Origin: Candidatus Moraniibacteriota bacterium | Lineage (GTDB): Bacteria; Patescibacteriota; Minisyncoccia; Moranbacterales; UBA2206 | Assembly (NCBI GenBank): GCA_026396175.1 | Contig: JAPLXG010000014.1 | Span: 1 to 63,870, forward strand | Direction of reading: 5' to 3' | DNA length: 63,870 nt | Shown: in pieces, positions 9,132-17,450 of the stretch | How positions within the stretch are numbered: position 1 is the stretch's first letter | Layout of the letters: each line of letters begins with the position of its first letter | Notes under the pieces: model-generated | Seen by the model: only the letters and a program-made list of their open reading frames with translations | Databases searched by the model: none | What the model was told of the DNA's origin: nothing | Program-made: the position numbers and the translations under genes

Positions 9132-9371
9132 CTACGGATTTTTATCACTCCACGGATATGGAAAACATCCAAATCTTTGGTAGTGATTCCATCCAAAAAC
9201 GCATAAAATACACGCGAAGATTATTGCCACCACTAATAGAAGCTTATAGCCAGTTAACAAGGCGCAAATAAAATTAAGCACAAGTGATATCCAAAATGAC
9301 TCAGCCCTGTTTTCTGCCAACTTCTTCTGCTTTTCTCTTGGCAAATTTTGAAAATTTAAAGAACGGCTCAT
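9132..9371 (-). CDS. Hypothetical 79-aa two-TM protein
   Basis: SD AGAGGAGG upstream and two hydrophobic segments. Confidence 0.6.
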   Translation of the reverse strand: MSRSLNFQNLPREKQKKLAENRAESFWISLVLNFICALLTGYKLLLVVAIIFACILCVFGWNHYQRFGCFPYPWSDKNP

Positions 9372-9393
9372 CTGTATTCCTCCTCTGCTGAAT

Positions 9394-9421
9394 ATTATAT
9401 CAAAAAAATATTAACCCTCAA
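9394..9421 (-). promoter_or_regulatory. Sigma70-like promoter for the small-ORF cassette (TTGAGG-16-TATAAT)
   Basis: Read on the minus strand. Overlaps the rplK stop codon. Confidence 0.5.
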
Positions 9422-9836
9422 TTTTAACCCCCATTGATCGTGCGGTTCCGGCGATAATTTTTTCCGCCGCTTCCACATCGTTGGCGTTAAGATCGCTCAT
9501 TTTCTTTTCTGCAATTTCTCGCAATTTTGCAGAAGTTATCTTTCCAACCTTATCTTTCAATGGATTGCCTGCTCCTTTTTCCACACCCGCCGCTTTTCGC
9601 AAGAGATCTGATGCTGGAGGAGTTTTCAACACGAAATCAAAACTGCGATCTTCATAAATCGTAATCTCAGCCGGGATGATGTCACCCATCTTATCTTTCG
9701 TCGCGTCATTGAATTTCGCGCAAAAATCACCAATATTAATTCCATGCTGTCCCAAGGCCGGTCCGACTGGAGGCGCTGGATTAGCTTTTCCTGCTTGAAT
9801 TTGTAATTTTACAACTGTCTTTATTTTCTTCGCCAT
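9411..9836 (-). CDS. rplK: 50S ribosomal protein uL11
   Basis: 141 aa with the canonical uL11 sequence ([21 protein letters not shown]). Confidence 0.97.
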   Translation of the reverse strand: MAKKIKTVVKLQIQAGKANPAPPVGPALGQHGINIGDFCAKFNDATKDKMGDIIPAEITIYEDRSFDFVLKTPPASDLLRKAAGVEKGAGNPLKDKVGKITSAKLREIAEKKMSDLNANDVEAAEKIIAGTARSMGVKIEG

Positions 9837-9999
9837 ATTTGTCTGCGAGGTACGAGCAGCTACAAATATGAGCGTCCCGCACCAATTCTATGATTAAAAA
9901 TTTTAGATTATCTCTTTTATAAGCCATAGGCGAATCCGCGCATCCATTTTTCCATTTCTCAAGAACCTTCTCGGAATTGGTGCGGGATAGTCATAACAA

Positions 10000-10545
10000 C
10001 TACAGCTTATGTATCTGCAAAAAATCCAACTCTACCGGTGTTTCGCGTCCAAAAATGGAAACCAACACCTTCACTCGTCCCTTCTCTTCATCTACTTCAT
10101 TAACCTTACCATCAAATTCCTTGAACGGTCCGTCGATAATCTTGACCACATCACCCACTTTCACGTCAATCTTATACTTCGGTTCGTCCACACCCATCCG
10201 CTTTTTGAGCATCTCAATTTCTTTCGGATCAACTGGAGTTGGAGTCGTGCCCAGACCAATAAAGCCAGTCACGTTTGGAGTATTTCGCACCACGTACCAA
10301 GAAGCATCCGTCACAATCATGTCAACGAGGACATAACCAGGATAGATGCGCTCTTCAATCACCGTGCGCTTTCCCGCTTTAATCTTAATTTTCTTTTCAA
10401 TCGGCACCATCACATCGAAGATAAATTCCTGCATATCCATCGATTCGATTCTTTGTTTCAAATTACGCGCCACGTTATCCTCGTAGCCGGAATAGGTATG
10501 CAGCACATACCATGATCTTCCGTGATGTTGTGATTGTTTTGCCAT
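10000..10545 (-). CDS. nusG: Transcription termination/antitermination factor NusG
   Basis: 181 aa. NGN domain (WYV..T.SG.E..V) and a C-terminal KOW (GD.V.I..GPF..F.G.V). Confidence 0.95.
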   Translation of the reverse strand: MAKQSQHHGRSWYVLHTYSGYEDNVARNLKQRIESMDMQEFIFDVMVPIEKKIKIKAGKRTVIEERIYPGYVLVDMIVTDASWYVVRNTPNVTGFIGLGTTPTPVDPKEIEMLKKRMGVDEPKYKIDVKVGDVVKIIDGPFKEFDGKVNEVDEEKGRVKVLVSIFGRETPVELDFLQIHKL

Positions 10546-10580
10546 TGTTTTGGGAAACTAAAAAATAATTAAAAATTTGT

Positions 10581-10766
10581 CTATTTCAGGATAAATGTTT
10601 TTAATACGTATTCGAAAATAAAGTCCAAACCGCCCAGAAAAAAGGATAAAACAATACTAATTCCAATCACTGTTAGGGTATAATTGATAGTTTGTTTTTT
10701 GGTAGGCCAGTTCACTTTCTGCAATTCCGACTTAGCTTCTTTCAAAAATTGGACGATTTTGTTCAT
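10581..10766 (-). CDS. secE: Preprotein translocase subunit SecE
   Basis: 61 aa. E..KV.WPT motif followed by a single TM segment. Syntenic with nusG. Confidence 0.9.
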   Translation of the reverse strand: MNKIVQFLKEAKSELQKVNWPTKKQTINYTLTVIGISIVLSFFLGGLDFIFEYVLKTFILK

Positions 10767-10782
10767 TGTTTTTTAGTCTTTC

Positions 10783-10904
10783 TTTACTAATTACTAATCT
10801 TGTACGAATATACTAATCCTCACTAAATAAGCTTCTCTTAACATAAGGACAAACTAGCAAAAATACAAATTCGTATATTGGTATTTTATTCGTAATTAGT
10901 AAAG
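10783..10904. mobile_element. MITE-like element, family F
   Basis: TIR CTTTACTAATTACTAATCTTGTACGAATATACTAAT / ATTCGTATATTGG..CGTAATTAGTAAAG, directly upstream of secE. Confidence 0.75.
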
Positions 10905-11029
10905 ATTCCCTTTTTTAAAAGCCCTTTGGGGCTTTTTTGTAATATATGCAGGATATATCATTTTTGATTTTTTGTCAAATGGGGTATAATAGCTAAATCA
11001 CTATACTGCTGAAAATATCGACCCTCTTG

Positions 11030-11209
11030 TGTCATTCCCGCACCCGTTTTCACGAGTATAAACTCTGGCGGGAATCCAGGTTCCACTAGTTATAAATTAC
11101 AAACAATCGAGTTATAAATCCTCTAACTTCTTATTACCAACCAATAAATTCTGTTTTTCTTTTTCTTGAAACCTGAGGTGCCTGGATCCCCGACTGCTCG
11201 GGGATGACA
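11030..11209. mobile_element. MITE-like element related to family A (TIR TGTCATTCCCGC / CGGGGATGACA)
   Basis: Each arm is itself a hairpin (CCCGC..GCGGGAATCCAGG; CCTGGATCCCCGACTGCTCGGGG). Confidence 0.65.
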
Positions 11210-11241
11210 TAAAAAAAATAGCCTATTTAAAAAAATATTTA

Positions 11242-11673
11242 ATGCCTCTTGACCTATTTTCAAAAACTTCCCTACCAGACGTTTTGCCGGATGATCTGCA
11301 AAAGGTGATTTTGGAGTTGAAAAAATCGCGTGACCAAAAAGAATGCTTGGAAAAAGTCTATGCGCTTTTGACTGCCAAGTACCACGGCGAACGACTGAAA
11401 ACTTACACGAAATTATTTCAATTATTTAGAAAAGATATTTTTTGGCTTTGGAATCGAATTGGTTACTTGCATTGCACTAACATTAATTATGTCGCAAGGA
11501 TTTTATTAGTAAAAAGCGGCTTTTTCGAAGAATCCGACATCTGCTTGAAGTGGACTTTAGTTTGGTATGTTTCGCCGCATCAATATTTGGAAGTGGAGGT
11601 TGGCGACCAATGGATCGTTGTCGACATTTGGGCCAATGCTTTTGGAATTGAGTTTGGTGATTATGCGCATTGA
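11242..11673 (+). CDS. Transglutaminase-like (Cys-His-Asp) domain protein
   Basis: 143 aa. GYLHCTN (Cys), SPHQYLEV (His) and WIVVDIW (Asp) are spaced as in the transglutaminase-like core. Confidence 0.5.
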   Translation: MPLDLFSKTSLPDVLPDDLQKVILELKKSRDQKECLEKVYALLTAKYHGERLKTYTKLFQLFRKDIFWLWNRIGYLHCTNINYVARILLVKSGFFEESDICLKWTLVWYVSPHQYLEVEVGDQWIVVDIWANAFGIEFGDYAH

Positions 11674-11835
11674 AAAATATTGTTTATTTTTTCCCTAAAA
11701 AAAATCAATGCTCCCAAACACCTTGAAAGGTGGGGAGCATTTTTTAATAGCACGCATAGGGTTCTATGAGCCAAATGGAATCTGTTCAAAAAAAGAACAA
11801 TCTGGGTTATCGCAACTGCGATACCTGCCCCATCC

Positions 11836-11949
11836 TCAAACATACTTGGCAACTTTTACAATTTTACCCGTTTTGCATTTTGGACAATGTATATCTGTCC
11901 GTTCAACATTTCGGGTTCCTGAGTCTATTACAAAAAAACTTTCCTCCAT
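11836..11949 (-). CDS. Possible 37-aa peptide with CPKC motif (not in the ORF track)
   Basis: Hand-translated as MEESFFVIDSGTRNVERTDIHCPKCKTGKIVKVAKYV. Weak AAGAGG upstream. Follows two SD-led genes on the same strand. Confidence 0.25.
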   Translation of the reverse strand: MEESFFVIDSGTRNVERTDIHCPKCKTGKIVKVAKYV

Positions 11950-11966
11950 AAGCACCTCTTTGTGTC

Positions 11967-12221
11967 CTATAAAAGTTTTTTTTGGCAACGACATTGCGAT
12001 GGTGGCAAGTATCTCACTTTGCCATTGTCTTTATTAAAAAGACACCACACAACGTCTACCTCTTTCCCGTTTATGGTAGCGGGACCAACACCCACAACAA
12101 CGCCAATATCTCCACCTCTGAAAACTATTTGCCTGGGCGCATAACCACGCGCTTTACAGGCCTCTCTCGAGGGATCAATCCAAACCCATGAGCAACGATT
12201 TTCAAAAAGCACTTTTTTCAT
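11967..12221 (-). CDS. Hypothetical 84-aa protein, SD-led
   Basis: The track ORF was trimmed to the ATG (MKKVLFENR) preceded by AAGGAGG. No recognisable domain. Confidence 0.55.
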   Translation of the reverse strand: MKKVLFENRCSWVWIDPSREACKARGYAPRQIVFRGGDIGVVVGVGPATINGKEVDVVWCLFNKDNGKVRYLPPSQCRCQKKLL

Positions 12222-12262
12222 AGTGTCTGATGCCTCCTTGTTGAAACTATGCACGACACAAT

Positions 12263-12556
12263 TTATCCTTCGGCTTTTTCCGAGTGCGGAGAAAGAATCT
12301 TCTCGAGAACCTTATCCGCCAAAGACTGTTTAATTCTGGCGGAATCAACGGTTTCCCTGATTCTTCGCAATGCCACAACGACTTCCTTGAGATTTTCTTC
12401 AGGGATAGAAGTGGCCAACATTTTTTTAATTTGACCAAGCATCCGCTCTTTCAACAAGGCGCTGGATATTGAAGGCCTATTAGGCTCAGCCAGCAATAAA
12501 GCGTCCTCCCCGATCTCCCACAAGAGAACCTCGTCAGCTCGCATTCTTTTAATCAT
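12263..12556 (-). CDS. Hypothetical 97-aa protein, SD-led
   Basis: ATG preceded by GAGGAGGGACT, the same 5' module as at 6873. No recognisable domain. Confidence 0.55.
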   Translation of the reverse strand: MIKRMRADEVLLWEIGEDALLLAEPNRPSISSALLKERMLGQIKKMLATSIPEENLKEVVVALRRIRETVDSARIKQSLADKVLEKILSPHSEKAEG

Positions 12557-12656
12557 AGTCCCTCCTCATATTAAATTGTTTGCCAATAGCCTCATTGCCA
12601 CTGGATAAGTAATTCAAGCAGGAATCGGCTTTTTTGTCAACCGTAAAACCCCGAGC

Positions 12657-12685
12657 TTGACAAACCTCCACATCAGTGCTACAAT
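12657..12685 (+). promoter_or_regulatory. Sigma70-like promoter of the helicase gene (TTGACA-17-TACAAT)
   Basis: Consensus -35 box, 17-nt spacer and a 5/6 match at -10. Confidence 0.65.
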
Positions 12686-12730
12686 TGACTTTTATGTTAA
12701 TACTTTCGTTTGTTTTCGCTTGCAGAGGTA

Positions 12731-12764
12731 TCTAAACATAAAACATTTAATTTTTATGTTTAGA
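12731..12764 (+). promoter_or_regulatory. 13-bp stem hairpin in the helicase 5' UTR
   Basis: TCTAAACATAAAA-CATTTAAT-TTTTATGTTTAGA, 34 nt upstream of the ATG. Confidence 0.5.
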
Positions 12765-12797
12765 GCCTTTCTTTTTTGAAAGTCTCTCGAAATCTAC

Positions 12798-14021
12798 ATG
12801 TTTCAAAAACGCTATAGTCGCGCGACTAGTACTTCTTCGCGCAGAAATTTTTCCCGTCCCGGCGGACGGAGTTCCGGCCCTAATCGTGGCGGACAAAGAG
12901 GCTTTCGTGGAAGTTTCATTAGTATCGACAAATTCATCAACAAAGCCGCGCCAGTCACTGACGTGCCGGCTGAGGCCTATGTGCCGGAAACGCCTTTTGC
13001 TGATCTCAAAATCAATAGTCGCCTAAAAACGATCATTGCGCAGAGGGGGTATAAATTGCCCACAGCTATTCAAGATAAAACTATCCCCCACATTCTTCTG
13101 GGAAAAGATTTGATTGGCCTGGCTAACACCGGCACCGGAAAAACCGCCGCATTTCTCATTCCGATGATCAATAAAATGCTCACCAATCATGATGAAAAAC
13201 TTTTGGTTGTCGTGCCGACTCGTGAGTTGGCAACGCAAATCCAAGAAGAATTTATTTCTCTCTCACGCGGTCTCAATCTTTTTTCCGTCGTGATTATCGG
13301 TGGCGCCAATATGCACCGTCAAATTTCGCAATTGCGCTCTCGCCCCAATCTGGTTGTCGGCACACCCGGACGCCTCAAGGATTTAGTCCAACAAAAGAAA
13401 CTAGATCTTTCCCGTTTTTCCAATGTTGTGCTTGATGAAGCTGATCAAATGCTGGATATGGGTTTTATTGGCGACATTAAATTCTTGTTGTCCTTTTTGA
13501 CGCAGAAAAAACAAACACTGTTTTTCTCCGCAACATTACCGCCAGCCATTGAACATTTGATCAAAGATTTTCTCGTGGATCCGGTGCGAATTTCAATCCG
13601 CAATCAAGCGACACCGGCCCAGATTGATCAAGATGTGGTGCGTGTCAGACAAGGCGAAGACAAGATTGAGGTTTTGCATAACTTACTCAGTAAAGCGGCT
13701 TTTCAAAAAGTGCTTATCTTTGCTCGCACAAAAAGTAGCACAGAAAAACTATCTAAAATTCTTGGTGTCCGTGGCTTCAAGGCGGAATCAATTCACGGCA
13801 ACAAGTCCCACGGCAAACGCCAACAGGCGCTCAAAATGTTCAAAGAAGACCGCGTGGAAATTCTGGTGGCCACTGACATTGCCGCTCGCGGACTGGATAT
13901 TCCCAATGTTAGTCATGTGATCAATTTTGATGTTCCGGCAACCTATGAGGATTACATCCACCGCATCGGCCGCACTGGCCGCGCGGATAAAACCGGCATT
14001 GCTTTGACTTTTGTTTCGTAG
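12798..14021 (+). CDS. DEAD-box ATP-dependent RNA helicase
   Basis: 407 aa with AQTGTGKT-like NTGTGKTAAF, DEAD (VLDEADQM), SAT and HRIGRTGR motifs. Arg/Gly-rich N-terminus. Confidence 0.95.
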   Translation: MFQKRYSRATSTSSRRNFSRPGGRSSGPNRGGQRGFRGSFISIDKFINKAAPVTDVPAEAYVPETPFADLKINSRLKTIIAQRGYKLPTAIQDKTIPHILLGKDLIGLANTGTGKTAAFLIPMINKMLTNHDEKLLVVVPTRELATQIQEEFISLSRGLNLFSVVIIGGANMHRQISQLRSRPNLVVGTPGRLKDLVQQKKLDLSRFSNVVLDEADQMLDMGFIGDIKFLLSFLTQKKQTLFFSATLPPAIEHLIKDFLVDPVRISIRNQATPAQIDQDVVRVRQGEDKIEVLHNLLSKAAFQKVLIFARTKSSTEKLSKILGVRGFKAESIHGNKSHGKRQQALKMFKEDRVEILVATDIAARGLDIPNVSHVINFDVPATYEDYIHRIGRTGRADKTGIALTFVS

Positions 14022-14043
14022 ATTTTATGTTTTAAAATAAAGG

Positions 14044-14080
14044 CACCCCGCAAAAAAAAGCGAGGTGCTTTTTTTATTTT
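14044..14080 (+). terminator. Intrinsic terminator after the helicase gene
   Basis: CACCCCGC-A8-GCGAGGTG stem (one mismatch) followed by a T-run. Confidence 0.6.
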
Positions 14081-14220
14081 GTCATCCTGAGCGGAGTCCC
14101 GTACTCGGGACGCAGTCGAAGGATCTGCTAACTGCAACCCAAAGCTTTCTACTTAATAGCTGAGCTTGAGATAATGGAAAGCAGATCCTTCGACTCCGCT
14201 GCGCTACGCTCAGGATGACA
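14080..14220. mobile_element. MITE-like element, family A
   Basis: Same TIRs and internal GTCGAAGGATC pair as 5567..5705. Confidence 0.85.
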
Positions 14221-14239
14221 TTGTTTTTTTGTTTTTTGT

Positions 14240-15466
14240 TTGACCAAAAAACTCTCATCCCCTAAAATACAACCATACGCTATCAAACTTATGGAAAAAT
14301 ACGACGTCATTATTGTCGGCGCAGGACCGGCAGGTAGTACTGCCGCTTATTATACAACTGGCCTCAAAGTGCTTATTATTGATAAGTCTGATTTTCCCCG
14401 CCACAAAGCTTGCGGCGGGGGTCTGATGAGCAGTCGCGATTGGCCACTGGAACTGGAAAATTATGCCAAGATTAAAGACCAACTAACCGCCTATTCTTGC
14501 GAATCGCTGAAACTTTATTGGAAAGACGACTATCTCCTCAATCGTCACTTTAAGCATTTCTTCGATCAGATTAGTCGCTATCAGTTTGATAATTTACTGC
14601 TCGAAGAGGCACTCAAAAAAGATAACGTCACTTTTTTAAAGTTTGATCTACAAAAAATTGAAAAAACGAATTACGAAGGAATAGCCGGCTACACTCTGAC
14701 CGATGGACAAAGAAAAATTTTCGCTACCAATATAGTCGGAGCAGACGGAATGCATAGCCAGGTGGCAAAATTTCTTGGTAATCCCCCGCTCAAAAGGCAT
14801 GCGTTCGGTTATTGTTTGGAATGTGACATTGTTTGTGAAAAAAAAGACTTGAACGTCTATGTGGTGGCTGGATATTTGAATGAAATCGGTTATGGCTGGA
14901 TCTTCCCCACTGCGACCGGCTACCAAGTCGGCGTGGGCATCGTGCGAAAACCAAAGCACGCTTTGCAATATTATTTGAATGCTTTCATCGAGCGGGCACT
15001 GAAAAAGAAAATTTTGCCGGAAAATTATGTGATTGAAAAAACTTTTGGCGGAGCCTTGCCCCTCAAAGTCACCAGGACTTATTGCACCGATAATGTTTTA
15101 CTTTGCGGCGATGCGATGGGTCTGGTGAAACTGCTCACGGGAGAAGGAATTTATTATGCCATGCTGAGCGGAAAATTTGCCGGTCTTGCCCTTTCGCAAA
15201 ATCGCTCTAACCTCAAAAAATTCTATCGAAAAAAAGTGCGCCCACTGATTTGGGACACCTACCTCACGCCCTACATCCCACCGAAAATTATTACCCTGAC
15301 TTTTGGCGCGATTTTTTTTCGCGTCGTCAAATTTTTTGACCGCCCGCTTTTTTTGCGAAAGATTAACATTTTTGTCGATATTTTTATGCGCCTCACGATG
15401 CACCGAAAAAAGTTTCAAGGGCAAAGTTTCTACCGAGACGAAAAAATCACGATTGAAAAATACTAG
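14240..15466 (+). CDS. FAD-dependent oxidoreductase, geranylgeranyl-reductase family
   Basis: YDVIIVGAGPAGSTAA dinucleotide fold and a GDAMGLV...TGEGIYYAM motif. The start is uncertain: TTG at 14240 or ATG at 14291. Confidence 0.85.
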   Translation: MTKKLSSPKIQPYAIKLMEKYDVIIVGAGPAGSTAAYYTTGLKVLIIDKSDFPRHKACGGGLMSSRDWPLELENYAKIKDQLTAYSCESLKLYWKDDYLLNRHFKHFFDQISRYQFDNLLLEEALKKDNVTFLKFDLQKIEKTNYEGIAGYTLTDGQRKIFATNIVGADGMHSQVAKFLGNPPLKRHAFGYCLECDIVCEKKDLNVYVVAGYLNEIGYGWIFPTATGYQVGVGIVRKPKHALQYYLNAFIERALKKKILPENYVIEKTFGGALPLKVTRTYCTDNVLLCGDAMGLVKLLTGEGIYYAMLSGKFAGLALSQNRSNLKKFYRKKVRPLIWDTYLTPYIPPKIITLTFGAIFFRVVKFFDRPLFLRKINIFVDIFMRLTMHRKKFQGQSFYRDEKITIEKY

Positions 15467-15482
15467 TAATTTAATTCTACTC

Positions 15483-15627
15483 GGGACTTATGTGTTTGCC
15501 GAACTAAGCTTATACTAGAGCCGGGATTAGTCAAGATACGCTTACTATTGCTGTATGTCATAAAAGGCAAAAGCTAGATTGCGAAGGCCACACGATCTGA
15601 AGATTAGTGAGGTAAGTGCGTAAGTCC
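15483..15627. mobile_element. MITE-like element, family E (TIR GGACTTAxGxG.. / ..CGCGTAAGTCC)
   Basis: Related to 20982, 22679, 42265 and 46623. Abuts the stop codon of the GT-C gene. Confidence 0.7.
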
Positions 15628-17450
15628 TACTGTTTATAAACCCGAATGAAGTTCCCTGGACGATCATCAATCTTAAGCTCCCAAAGTGGGGGCTTTTTCA
15701 TTACTGAGATAAATTGCCCGATGTAACCCCAGCGCACCTGACCGCGCCTGGTCAGAACAAGATAAACATTATCCTTGTTTTGCGAAAGTACGCTGTTGAT
15801 TTCTCCTTGATTTTCATTATTCATATCCACACACTGCGCCTGCACAAAAGGACACACACCTGGATAATCCGCGATTACCAGAATTTCGCCGCTGCCTCTG
15901 GGCAAAGAATTCAAGAACTGCCCGGCTTCATAGCCACCATAACCCCAGGCACCAGTGATTAAGCTTTCCCGCGGAAGTAGGGCGTTGGCATAATTAAAAT
16001 AAAACGGTTTTATGAACCAAATGCTGACTAGGCTAATGACGATTATCAGCAAGGAAATGATGACCTTATTCACTCTTTGGAATAACTTATGGCGCGAAAG
16101 CTCCCAAATTCCCAATGCCGCAAGAAACAGAACCAACGGCGTGAGAATTATGCCGTAACGAATATTAACAAGCAAGCCTTGCATTGTTACGGCTAGCCAA
16201 TAGATGAGAATAAAAGCGGAAAGCACAAACACCAAAAAAGCATATTTGGGTTTTTGGAAAATAGTTTTTATCCAAATTAAAAACAATGCTCCCAGTGTGA
16301 GCGGCGTAAGCGAAAAAACTAGCGGACGCGCTTGAAGAATTAGCTTTTTCCAAAAGGCAAGACTGATAAAAAAATCACTTTGGCGGGAATCAAAAGGCAC
16401 GCCTTCCAAATTAAAAAAATTAAATTTAAGCACCCAATTGAGCAGAGTAAAAAAACATAAACCAGAAACAATCAGTAATATGCCTTTGAAGATTATATTT
16501 TTATACTGGCTGAACAACTTCAAGCAAGCTAAAGCTATCCGGCTCTTCAAAAAAAATGCGTCCAAAGCAATCGCAACATCAGCCAAAATTACCGCCCAAA
16601 ACACCGGCCCGGTATGGCCAAAATCAATCACATCGTGAAAAAGATATTTGCTCTTCACGAAGACCGCCGGCATCAATAAGGAAAAAATAAGCAGGCCGCC
16701 AAAAACAACCGCGAGATAGGAAAGTGCCATTTTTAATATTTTAGCGGGAAACACCTCGGCCATCTCTTTGTCCTTATTATAATAAAACAAAAGATACGCG
16801 ATAAAAACAAAAAATAGATAATAAACCAAAATAAGCGCGATATATTTAGTAGCTAATGCCAAGCCTAAAAAAAGCGCTGTAAACGCGACGACCTTTTTGC
16901 GTCCGGTTTTCAAAAATAAGAGGTAGGAAAAAATGGTTGCCGAACAGAAAAGCCAAGAAAGGGCATCCGGATTTACAATTTGCGAAACGCCTAAGAGAAT
17001 CGGCGAAAGCAAAATAAGTGTCGCCGACCAAAGTCCGATCCACTTATTTTCAGTCAATTTCGCAATAACCCAAAAGAAGAAAATCGAAAAAAGTCCATTG
17101 AAAATCAAAAGTGGAAAACGATAGAGAAAATTAATTCTTTGAAATTCTTGGGGATCATAGCTGGTGAAAACAGCTCCCCGTTCTTTGATTTCCGCGCTAT
17201 GATTTTTGTCAAAAATCAATCCGACGCCGGAAATATAGGCCAGGGTTATGCCCGGCTTGTTGTTGATCCGTGTTGCTTTCCAATCCCCTTTTTCCACCGC
17301 GTTCCAATATTGCAAAATTCGATCTTGATTGATCCAAAAATGTTCATCCGCCGTCTCGAATTTAGCCAGATGATATAGCCCAAAAGAAAAATAAACCGCC
17401 AGGGCAAGAAGAAAAATCAGACCCGTTGTTTTTTGTTTGATACTATTCAT
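15627..17450 (-). CDS. GT-C fold membrane glycosyltransferase (GT39/ArnT-like), paralog 2
   Basis: Multi-TM protein with FETADEHFW (DE motif) in the first loop. The track ORF was trimmed to MNSIKQ by alignment with its paralog, giving an 8-nt ATGAATAG overlap with the upstream gene. Confidence 0.8.
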   Translation of the reverse strand: MNSIKQKTTGLIFLLALAVYFSFGLYHLAKFETADEHFWINQDRILQYWNAVEKGDWKATRINNKPGITLAYISGVGLIFDKNHSAEIKERGAVFTSYDPQEFQRINFLYRFPLLIFNGLFSIFFFWVIAKLTENKWIGLWSATLILLSPILLGVSQIVNPDALSWLFCSATIFSYLLFLKTGRKKVVAFTALFLGLALATKYIALILVYYLFFVFIAYLLFYYNKDKEMAEVFPAKILKMALSYLAVVFGGLLIFSLLMPAVFVKSKYLFHDVIDFGHTGPVFWAVILADVAIALDAFFLKSRIALACLKLFSQYKNIIFKGILLIVSGLCFFTLLNWVLKFNFFNLEGVPFDSRQSDFFISLAFWKKLILQARPLVFSLTPLTLGALFLIWIKTIFQKPKYAFLVFVLSAFILIYWLAVTMQGLLVNIRYGIILTPLVLFLAALGIWELSRHKLFQRVNKVIISLLIIVISLVSIWFIKPFYFNYANALLPRESLITGAWGYGGYEAGQFLNSLPRGSGEILVIADYPGVCPFVQAQCVDMNNENQGEINSVLSQNKDNVYLVLTRRGQVRWGYIGQFISVMKKPPLWELKIDDRPGNFIRVYKQ

